A DNA stretch of 63,762 nt, the filler included, from Octopus bimaculoides (Eukaryota): NCBI RefSeq assembly GCF_001194135.2. It is 8 parts of 7 records of this genome, joined end to end, with 100 filler letters (N's around TTAATTAATTAA, not from the genome) between each part and the next. Parts side by side here need not be neighbours in the genome. Positions count along the whole stretch, not along the records: positions 38,030 to 53,950 come from NC_068984.1; positions 54,051 to 61,274 come from NC_068996.1; positions 61,375 to 63,762 come from NC_068991.1; 5 more parts are not named here. One strand, given 5' to 3'. Positions 53,471 to 63,762 of this stretch are shown here, piece after piece. Position numbers and translations under genes: made by a program. Numbering within the stretch: position 1 is the stretch's first letter; every line of letters begins with the position of its first letter. The notes under the pieces are model-generated. The model ran no database searches. It saw nothing but the letters and a program-made list of their open reading frames with translations, and was not told where the DNA came from.

Positions 53471-53916
53471 AAGGTGTTCCGTTAAGACCGTGTTAGAGTG
53501 CAGTATAGAGCTCGTCCACCCTCACAATAACTCATTATAGGTAGCATTATTTCGTACCCTAAAACTGGACATTCGATGTGTGTGAATATGAAATTGTAGA
53601 AACTGGAGTTAAGAGGGAGTACGTTTGGACAGCGTTTTATTATTCGTTACAATTGTTTCGACACAATGTAGTTCTCCAAGAATACAGGCATTTGATTATG
53701 CAAGTATTTGTTTGCATAATGAAATGCAATCAAACAGAAGACTGTACTACTGAGAGGCTTGCTTGCCCCACACATCGCCTTCCATAGTAATTGGATAAAC
53801 ACGCTCTCACAGCTCGAACCATGAAAATTCCACAAAGACTGGGATTTGTTGTCACATTTTATTTAATACACACACACATACACACACATACATACACACA
53901 CATATACATACATACA

Positions 53917-53950
<34 letters not shown>

Positions 53951-54432
53951 NNNNNNNNNNNNNNNNNNNNNNNNNNNNNNNNNNNNNNNNNNNNTTAATT
54001 AATTAANNNNNNNNNNNNNNNNNNNNNNNNNNNNNNNNNNNNNNNNNNNNTATATATATATATATATATATGCACATATATGTATAGATACATGCATATT
54101 TCACACACATACAAACACAGACACACACAGACACACACGCACAGTATGTACATATATGTGTGTATACATGTATATATATTCTTTGTATTATTACATTATT
54201 GAACGCACACGTCCTTTTTTGCAAGTAAGTCTACTATATATATATATATATATATATATATGTCAATAATGTGCGAAAGTATATATGAATACATGTATGC
54301 ATGTATGTATTTATGTATACATGTATACATGTATGTATGTACACATGTACGTATGTATGTGTGTATGTATATATGTGTGTATGTATGTATGTATGTGTGC
54401 ATGTATATATGTGTGTATGTATGTATGCATGC

Positions 54433-54474
<42 letters not shown>

Positions 54475-55263
54475 ATATATGTATATATATAGATGTGTGT
54501 GTGTGTATATATGTATATACACACACACACACACACAGACACACACACACACACATATAAATATATATATATATATATACACATATATATACATATCTAT
54601 TGATCCGTTTCCTGCTCCTACGTCTTCTACTTCGTCATTGCCTGCTTTTGTCTATGTTGTCGTTTCTGTTTTTAATTTTTGTCTCATTCCTTCACCCTCA
54701 ATCTCACATTCCTTATCTACACACGCGCATACGCTTTACTATACACACGCACACACACATATACAGACACACATACGCACACACACACACTTTGTTTTTT
54801 TTCGTTTGCTTCTCTAATTTTTAAGTATTTTTTACTTTTATTTCTCCCTCAATTTTCATCCATCTCACTCTCTCTCTCTCTCTCTCCCTCTCTCTCTATC
54901 TTTCTCTTTCTCTCTCGCACACTCACTTGCACACCCACATTCATACACATTCATATACACGTGTACATATGTACGCATGTACGCGTGTATGAATGTTTTT
55001 GTATTTATGTAAGTATTGAATATTGATGAATGGTTGGATGGATGGATGGATGGCAGACAACACACACACACACACGCAGCCTGTGTATGCGTGTGCGTGT
55101 GTGTGTGTTTATGTGTATGTGTGTGTAATTAGCGTGAATAGACAGATAAACGGATAGAGAGATTTTAAGCTATTAAAATTTAAATGTCTGCATATCTTTC
55201 TTTCGTTGTTACTTTGCATATCATCTCTCTTTCTCTCTTTCTCTCTCTCTCTGTCTCTCTCTG

Positions 55264-55298
<35 letters not shown>

Positions 55299-56427
55299 GT
55301 CTCTCTGTCTCTCTGTCTCTCTCTCTCTCTCTGTCTCTCTTTCTCTCTCTCTCTCTCTCTTCTATTTCACTTAGAGTTTTTACTGATCTTTCTCCAATTC
55401 TTTAACAATCAATCTGTTTTAATTTTTTTTAATCGATTGATTTTTTTCAAATTCATTTCTTGTTTCAAATTCCCTTCTTAATGTAATTAGAGCAAGAGCT
55501 TGTCAGAGTCAGGAGCAAAAAGTAAGTTATGGAAACTTAAATATATGTCCCCTACTTCCAGAAATATAACCCTTAGCATTTAAACCAGTTATGTCAGGCC
55601 CAGATATTTTACCTGTTTTGTGCTCAAACAGCCCTCATCTGGCTCAAATATTCTACATTTTTTTTTATGTTGAGGCTGGTGAGATCTGGTCTTTCACACC
55701 TATCTTACAGTGTCATTCTAAAAACAATCACGCCATCAAAATCTTAAAACTACAAAATATTGGATGATTAATTCAAGTCAATGCGAATGAAAGAGTGTTA
55801 CAACTGACAAAGTAATCTAAAGGGTTACAGGATTAAAGAAGTATTAGTTACAGCAACCTGCTAAGGATACAGAATATCTCTATGGCTGAAATAAGGCCCC
55901 CAGCATCCTGGAATTTTACTTTGAGGTAAAGCAGCACTGTAGATAAAACCAAGCACAAATCTAGAAAAAACACCGATAGAAATGGAACAGCAGGAAACAA
56001 TCCAAAGCAGCTCAGGGCGAAGCAGAAAATATAAGATTTGGCAATATGCACCGACGTGGGGATCCGAAGCGTGAAATGTTCTGGATTGCGATACAGTGCG
56101 TTACAGAGAATGCCTTGGTGTTTATGGACAGAAGTCAGTGTGCTTGCTCTTACTAACATTACACTGAAGAGATGTACGAAAGTGCAACGATAGGAGGATA
56201 TTAAATGCGCAGTATGCTTAAGTGAAAAGAGATCTTCCAAGTGTAGACTCAGCAGGGGTAGTTAACTAAACGACTGTATTTTGGATAGGGCACTGAAGCG
56301 GTGAAGGCCAGAAAGTATTCTAGTCCACCAGGAATAGGTTACAGGACGATCATCAAAACTAATCGGCCATATTAAATGACTGGCGTAGCAGTAGCATCAT
56401 GAATTGTTACTAAATCAAAGATGCCAG

Positions 56428-56460
<33 letters not shown>

Positions 56461-56531
56461 AACAGACGATCAGACAGTCGGACGGACGAACGAATGGACG
56501 GACGAACAGATGGATAGAAAGAGAGAGATAA

Positions 56532-56564
<33 letters not shown>

Positions 56565-56620
56565 TAGATAGATGGACAGATAAGTATGTATGCATGTATG
56601 TATGTATGTATGTATGTATG

Positions 56621-56900
56621 TGAGGGCGTGTGACCAAGTATATAGGCCCTAAACTTTAGGATGTTGCATTCACGATTGCGTGATTGGGCTTCCATTCCCG
56701 GATGGCGGGTGCATTGTGTTCTTGACCAAAACACGTTCTCTCACTGATGTTGCTCTGCGATCACTTTGACATTTGGTGTGTGGCACAGGTATAATGCTGT
56801 GTCGATTTGATGAAGGGAATGGACCAATGTACAGCATAAACATTTGAAAGTATAAACAAGTCATTTGTGCAGGGTGCTTAGTAAGAAATTGCAGATTCAA
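56621..56900 (+). mobile_element. tRNA-SINE, third family, degenerate
   Basis: Head-like TGAGGGCGTGTGACC...TTCCATTCCCGG, GTGTTCTTGACCAAAACAC core; shares its tail with 45830-45960. Confidence 0.55.
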
Positions 56901-57191
56901 CTAAAAAAGCTAGACATACAGTGATAGAGAGAGAGGTAGAGAGAGGGAGGGAGAGAGAAACGGCCAGACAGGCAGAGACCAGAGATAGAGAGGAACGGAC
57001 AGACAGGCAGGCAGCCAGACAAACAGAGATAGAGACATAGAGAGACAAAAACAAAGGAGATGAGAGAAATGTGAGGGCAAGTGATAAAAAGGAAAGCAAA
57101 GAATGAGTAAAACAATCAAAGGACGACGTGAAAAATGAAGGAGAAATATAAATCTATGCACATACTGAGAGAAAGAGAGACTAAAAAGAAA

Positions 57192-57231
<40 letters not shown>

Positions 57232-57641
57232 NNNNNNNNNNNNNNNNNNNNNNNNNNNNNNNNNNNNNNNNNNNNNNNNNNNNNNNNNNNNNNNNNNNNN
57301 NNNNNNNNNNNNNNNNNNNNNNNNNNNNNNNNNNNNNNNNNNNNNNNNNNNNNNNNNNNNNNNNNNNNNNNNNNNNNNNNNNNNNNNNNNNNNNNNNNNN
57401 NNNNNNNNNNNNNNNNNNNNNNNNNNNNNNNNNNNNNNNNNNNNNNNNNNNNNNNNNNNNNNNNNNNNNNNNNNNNNNNNNNNNNNNNNNNNNNNNNNNN
57501 NNNNNNNNNNNNNNNNNNNNNNNNNNNNNNNNNNTATATATATATATATATATATATATATTCTACATGCATGAGCACGAGCATATACAGAACCACATAT
57601 TGGCTTCCAAGTCATTCGTACAGTTTTTATATATGTATGTT

Positions 57642-57684
<43 letters not shown>

Positions 57685-57960
57685 TGTATATTACAAATAA
57701 TATATATATATATATAAATTTACATACATATATACACATATATATATAATATATATATGTGTAATGTATATCTATATACATATATATATTATATGTAATA
57801 TACATACATATTACACATACATATATATATATATGTAATGTATATATGTGTATGTATATATATATATATGTAATGTATATATATATATGTATTATATATA
57901 TACATATATATATGTTATATGTAATATACAGGCACACACACGCGCGCGCGCATATATATA

Positions 57961-58011
<51 letters not shown>

Positions 58012-58430
58012 NNNNNNNNNNNNNNNNNNNNNNNNNNNNNNNNNNNNNNNNNNNNNNNNNNNNNNNNNNNNNNNNNNNNNNNNNNNNNNNNNNNNNNNNN
58101 NNNNNNNNNNNNNNNNNNNNNNNNNNNNNNNNNNNNNNNNNNNNNNNNNNNNNNNNNNNNNNNNNNNNNNNNNNNNNNNNNNNNNNNNNNNNNNNNNNNN
58201 NNNNNNNNNNNNNNNNNNNNNNNNNNNNNNNNNNNNNNNNNNNNNNNNNNNNNNNNNNNNNNNNNNNNNNNNNNNNNNNNNNATTACGTGTAATTATGTG
58301 TAATTGTGTAAATGGAGAATTATACGAGGTATAGTACTATACAAAATACCGAAAGGATCTTCACCTCTTATATCACACCTTTCTTCCTCCTTTAACACCG
58401 ATGTGATATAATTTCCTGGGAGAGAAATAC

Positions 58431-58503
58431 TTTTGCGGCTGAAGATAGCTTTGTATTGTAAATTATACACTGATATAAAGCTTGAAACACGTGTACCGCA
58501 GAA
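58431..58503 (+). ncRNA. Minimal type I hammerhead ribozyme (Penelope/retrozyme type), best preserved
   Basis: TTTTGCGG-CTGAAGA-TAGCTTTGTATTG...TGATATAAAGCTT-GAAACACGTGTA|CCGCAGAA. Stem I 8 bp, stem II ~12 bp with wobbles, palindromic ACACGTGT. Predicted cleavage after 58495. Confidence 0.85.
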
Positions 58504-58871
58504 TCCTTTGTATTTTTGCTGTTATTTTTTGGATTTAAAATTTATTCTTTCACCTCAACCACGAGCTGGCATATACAGGTGCTTACAATTGTCAAGTATT
58601 ACCTCTATATATATATAAATATACAGACTGACAGACACACGGACAAACAAGCAAGCAGACTGAGAGATGGTTGAGAGAAAGTGGGTTCGTGATGGAAAGT
58701 ATGAAATTGCTGCAAAGACAGAAATGAGAGAAATAAAAAGAAAATTTATCGATCAAGAACAAGGGAAAACCCAGAGATATGAGTGGATAAACTGAGAGAA
58801 GGGCGACAAGTCATTGCAGAAGGATAGATTGATAGACACACAGACAGACAGACAAGTAAACAAATAAATAA

Positions 58872-58924
<53 letters not shown>

Positions 58925-58929
58925 CACAG

Positions 58930-59222
58930 AGAGAGGGAGAAGAATATATATAGAGAGAGAGGAATATAGAGAGGGAGAGGAATATATAGAGAGGGAGAGC
59001 AATATAGAGAGAGGGAGAGGAATATAGAGAGAGGGAGAGGAATATAGAGAGAGGAAGAGGAATATATAGAGAGGGAGAGGAATATAGAGAGAGGGAGAGG
59101 AATATATAGAGAGGGAGAAGAATATATATATAGAGAGAGGAATATAGAGAGATGGAGAGGAATATAGAGAGAGGGAGAGGAATATAGAGAGAGGGAGAGG
59201 AATATAGAGAGAGGGGAGGTAG
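58930..59222. repeat. Minisatellite (GAGAGGGAGAGGAATATA[TA])n, ~20-22-bp unit
   Basis: About 13 tandem units visible. Confidence 0.9.
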
Positions 59223-60629
59223 AGTTCCACTGTCAGTCATATTATTGAGGAAAGAGAATCAGTCAGACAGTGGTATTGTAGTTGTATGAGAGAGAGAAAG
59301 ACAGAGAGCGAGAGAAAGAGAGACAGACAGAAAGAAAGAAGGGGGAGGGGGGAGAAGGAGACGTATGTAATAGGAGAAAAATGAGGTTAAGGTGTATGAA
59401 GGTGAGAGCGTGAGAAAAAAGTTAAAACAATAAGAAAAAAATATGACACTTTGAAGAGTTATATGTTCAAACGTTCATACATACCAACATAGACAACAAT
59501 CACACGCATAGTCACACATGAGGCGAACACACACATACACCGCTCTCACGCATACATACATACACACACACATACATACATACATACATACATACATACA
59601 TACATACATAATATATATATANNNNNNNNNNNNNNNNNNNNNNNNNNNNNNNNNNNNNNNNNNNNNNNNNNNNNNNNNNNNNNNNNNNNNNNNNNNNNNN
59701 NNNNNNNNNNNNNNNNNNNNNNNNNNNNNNNNNNNNNNNNNNNNNNNNNNNNNNNNNNNNNNNNNNNNNNNNNNNNNNNNNNNNNNNNNNNNNNNNNNNN
59801 NNNNNNNNNNNNNNNNNNNNNNNNNNNNNNNNNNNNNNNNNNNNNNNNNNNNNNNNNNNNNNNNNNNNNNNNNNNNNNNNNNNNNNNNNNNNNNNNNNNN
59901 NNNNNNNNNNNNNNNNNNNNNNNNNNNNNNNNNNNNNNNNNNNNNNNNNNNNNNNNNNNNNNNNNNNNNNNNNNNNNNNNNNNNNNNNNNNNNNNNNNNN
60001 NNNNNNNNNNNNNNNNNNNNNNNNNNNNNNNNNNNNNNNNNNNNNNNNNNNNNNNNNNNNNNNNNNNNNNNNNNNNNNNNNNNNNNNNNNNNNNNNNNNN
60101 NNNNNNNNNNNNNNNNNNNNNNNNNNNNNNNNNNNNNNNNNNNNNNNNNNNNNNNNNNNNNNNNNNNNNNNNNNNNNNNNNNNNNNNNNNNNNNNNNNNN
60201 NNNNNNNNNNNNNNNNNNNNNNNNNNNNNNNNNNNNNNNNNNNNNNNNNNNNNNNNNNNNNNNNNNNNNNNNNNNNNNNNNNNNNNNNNNNNNNNNNNNN
60301 NNNNNNNNNNNNNNNNNNNNNNNNNNNNNNNNNNNNNNNNNNNNNNNNNNNNNNNNNNNNNNNNNNNNNNNNNNNNNNNNNNNNNNNNNNNNNNNNNNNN
60401 NNNNNNNNNNNNNNNNNNNNNNNNNNNNNNNNNNNNNNNNNNNNNNNNNNNNNNNNNNNNNNNNNNNNNNNNNNNNNNNNNNNNNNNNNNNNNNNNNNNN
60501 NNNNNNNNNNNNNNNNNNNNNNNNNNNNNNNNNNNNNNNNNNNNNNNNNNNNNNNNNNNNNNNNNNNNNNNNNNNNNNNNNNNNATATATATATATATTC
60601 TGTTTATTTATATATATTTTTGGGACAAT

Positions 60630-60690
60630 ATTGTGCTGATGAACGAAGTCTAGATTCATTCTTGTAATCGCGAAATCGTCGATACACAAT
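60630..60690 (+). ncRNA. Minimal type I hammerhead ribozyme
   Basis: ATTGTG-CTGATGA-ACGA-(21 nt)-TCGC-GAAATCGTCGATA|CACAAT. Stem I is 6 perfect bp; stem III is ATC/GAT; AUA triplet. Predicted cleavage after 60684. Confidence 0.75.
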
Positions 60691-60967
60691 TAAGTCTATT
60701 TTAAAAGTAAGTTGGTCATCTTCTGTTGGTTGTTTTTTTCCTCGCATAGGTACTAAATGTGGTTATTTTGAGAAGTCCACTGTGTGGTGTTATTACTTTT
60801 CTATAATAATGCCCTTTATATATATATATATATACAGCTGGATTCGAGGACTGGTCAACGTGCTATGACCAGCGGTGTCAAATGGACACCCGACGGACTG
60901 GTCGGTCAAGGTGATATACACGTCTATACCTGTACACATATACGTGTATATATATATACACGTATAT

Positions 60968-61260
60968 GGAAAACAAACCTCATCCAGCTATTCTGATTAT
61001 ATGTCTGTGCACACGTTTGAATGTGGTGTGTGCCAGAGGGCTCGCAAATCCAATGGGGGGTCTTAAAAGACATGGTAGGACCCACAACGAGCAGAACTTA
61101 CCTGCAGGTATTGGTAGTACAAATCAGATGTGCAATCTGTGTGGGTGTTTTTTCAAAACATTGTCTGGTTTCAAAAGCCACATCAAACGCCATGAACGGG
61201 ATAAGGTGTAGGTGCAGGAGGTGGTCAAACTCTGTTTAAGGAGTAGACAACCACCATATA
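60968..61260 (+). mobile_element. RTE (BovB-like) LINE 3' end encoding two C2H2 zinc fingers, frameshifted
   Basis: CGVCQRARKSNGG-LKRHGRTH and CNLCGCFFKTLSGFKSHIKRH (both C-x2-C-x12-H-x3-H). One extra G in the G6 run at 61055-61060; stop at 61209-61211; short UTR, then (TA)n. No TGEKP linker. Confidence 0.6.
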
Positions 61261-61706
61261 TACATATATATATANNNNNNNNNNNNNNNNNNNNNNNNNN
61301 NNNNNNNNNNNNNNNNNNTTAATTAATTAANNNNNNNNNNNNNNNNNNNNNNNNNNNNNNNNNNNNNNNNNNNNTATATATATATTGGGGCTGAGGTCAG
61401 TCTGTTACTTTCAGAGTTTCATGTATTATCATGTGAGTAATCCTATCGCTACAACAAATATTTACAATCCTCTTCTGTATCGAGTGCATTTCCATCTTGC
61501 TTGTAAGCTCAAACATACACGTAAGTGTATGTGAGCATTTTCCTAGATGCATAAACGTATGTTCATGTATATGTATATATGCATACATATATGCATGTGT
61601 GTGCGCGCGCACATATCTGTGTGTATGTGTGTGTACATACATGTGGTGCTTATATATAATTATGTGCGCATTTATATTTATATATATATATATATATGCA
61701 CACATG

Positions 61707-61748
<42 letters not shown>

Positions 61749-62299
61749 TATATATACATATATATATATGAATGAATACTTATATATATGCATGCTTGTG
61801 GTTGCATCTGTGTTGGTGGGTGTTTGATATATTCATTATTTGATACATTGTAGCTGTTGGATTAAAAGAAGTCAATCAGGTTTCACTAAACATAAACAAC
61901 AGAAGAACCTGACCTAATCTCACGATTATGTAAACAGACCAGGCAGCGAGGGAGGGTTTTCGTGACCGCTCGTCCAACTACAAATAGCAGCCAAATAACC
62001 GCAAATCCTTCTCCACTGCCACAAGTGAAATATCATCATCTATACGTCTGCTGTATGAGGGATTACTAAAGCTGAACATCAACTGAGCTTAAACGTTGTA
62101 TTCTTAGATACACTGCCTCAATCAAAGACCTGACGATCTCGGTTGATTCACCTTCGATCAAAAGTTTATTCGATTAGGGTTGAGTTTGGTTAAACAACAA
62201 TAATAAACAGCAAAAACACGAGTCCAGATCATTTTCGACCCACTTTAACAATTGAATAATCAAAACTCTCATAGAAATACTTTATTGTTATTCAGCTTC

Positions 62300-62680
62300 A
62301 ATCAAGTAGACCTATGAACAAACACCTTTCAACTGCAGCCATCATGTTGTTTTACGTACATTATACAATGTATACTTTCCGTTTTTAAGACTGCAGGGAG
62401 AGATTCGAGGGAAATTTAGCTGTTATTTCTAACAGAACTAGATGCTACGTAGAGACTTTCTAGCCGATTTATTGGTCGCCTGTTATTTTGCCTCCACATC
62501 GACACTTATCGAGCAAACTTATGATTGAAAGCGTTCCATCTACAGCCATACTGTCATTTCTAAGCATACGGTGACCCAGACTTTACTCTCCAACAAGTCT
62601 TATTTTAAGACTGTAGGATGGGATTTGAGAGAAATTTGGTTGCTGTTTACTGCTGGATGGCAGATAAACAGGTTTCGTCG
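62300..62680 (+). repeat. Two diverged tandem copies of an interspersed repeat
   Basis: Both end ...TTAAGACTG...GAG(G/A)GAAATTT(A/G)G(C/T)TG. Related pieces at ~17690-17760, 31500-31580 and 34780-34930. Confidence 0.5.
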
Positions 62681-63484
62681 TCGTAGACTTGAGAGTCGTT
62701 GTAATTGTTCCGTATGTGGAGGTTGCGCTGCTGCTGTTGTTGTCGTATTTGCTTAATCTTAGATGTAACAGTGAAATTTACCTCTTTGTGCATTTAAGGA
62801 TATTATTCTCAGGAAATAAAGAAGGCTAAGAAGGTGACACTACGTTCTAAAATGGCAGAGTGAGATCCAAAGAATATCTGAAATTTAGTAATTTACAATG
62901 CTATCTTGTAACGTTTTACGGCGAAATATCAAATACATAGATAATTTATCATGGGAAGTCAAATTTTGAAAACGAAACCGTACAGTTTGACTTTATTTAT
63001 TCTTTTATTTTGTATTAAACAGTTCTTCTAGATTGTTTTTCTTTTATTACTTACACGTATTTGAATACCCAGACGAAAACCAAGAAGAGAAGGTGAAGAA
63101 AAATTACAACAACCCTTCTACATCCGGGATGATGAAAGAAGATTTCTGAAAGGTTCTCTCAACCTAGCGAGAAAGAAAGTCGTACGTCAACAACACCACA
63201 AAAAAATCTGTTCAAGGATATTATTCTGACGCTTTTTAGATACGGCTATAATAGTGTACCTCATTTCCCAGTTGGACAGAGAACCTTGTTGAAACCTTTC
63301 TCCAGTTGCCTTGATTTTGAATGACAGGAACAGTTTTCTTTTCCTCGTCTAACCAAACGATGTTTGAATGTGTGTATGTATGTGAGGAGGTGAGGTGTCA
63401 GTACTGTGTGGGGGTGCACGTGTATGTCCGTCTCCCGCCCTTTCTCATATATATGGAAAGATGATAGATAGATAGATAGATAGA

Positions 63485-63517
<33 letters not shown>

Positions 63518-63585
63518 GCATACATACATACATACATACACACAAACATACATACATACATACATACATACATACATACATACAC

Positions 63586-63762
63586 AGAAAGCTCCAGGGT
63601 GATAACAACATTGACAACCAGAGCAGTCTATCGTGAACAAACAATCGGGTCACCAACTCTCACTTTGAAGGGTATGCCTTGGCTATTCAAGAACAAGAAA
63701 TAGCAACCAAATTCCTAATAAACAAACGGGACAGAGAGGCGGGCAAACCGCCACAATGTAAT
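63586..63762 (+). mobile_element. R4/Dong-type retrotransposon fragment (upstream of the CCHC knuckle), runs off the window
   Basis: KLQGDNNIDNQSSLS*TNNRVTNSHFEGYALAIQEQEIATKFLINKRDREAGKPPQCN; the AIQEQ motif parallels AVQE at ~13170. Confidence 0.75.

Overview
Repeat-saturated, AT-rich animal genomic DNA from a short-read draft assembly: about 6.5 kb is N, and the gaps are flanked by (TA)n/(CA)n. The SINE families and gap markers suggest an octopus genome; this is an inference. No host protein-coding gene can be identified with confidence, and almost all ORFs in the supplied track are microsatellite or N-gap artefacts. Recognisable content: several tRNA-derived SINE families; five fragments of R4/Dong-type (restriction-like endonuclease) non-LTR retrotransposons, four of them ending in or abutting (TAA)n tracts; RTE/RTEX LINE ends; a decayed Tc1/mariner transposase; hAT- and Tigger-type MITEs; and a 278-bp near-perfect palindrome. 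The most interesting signal is five minimal type I hammerhead-ribozyme motifs in unrelated sequence contexts: 58431-58503 (+), 60630-60690 (+), 38432-38520 (-), 9709-9778 (+) and a vestige at 4478-4520 (-). They have tiny, mostly palindromic stem III regions, and the four best lack the canonical G10.1-C11.1 pair. One sits in a tail-to-tail inverted repeat and one between 353-bp-period direct repeats, as expected for Penelope-like elements or retrozymes. Ribozyme activity is untested.
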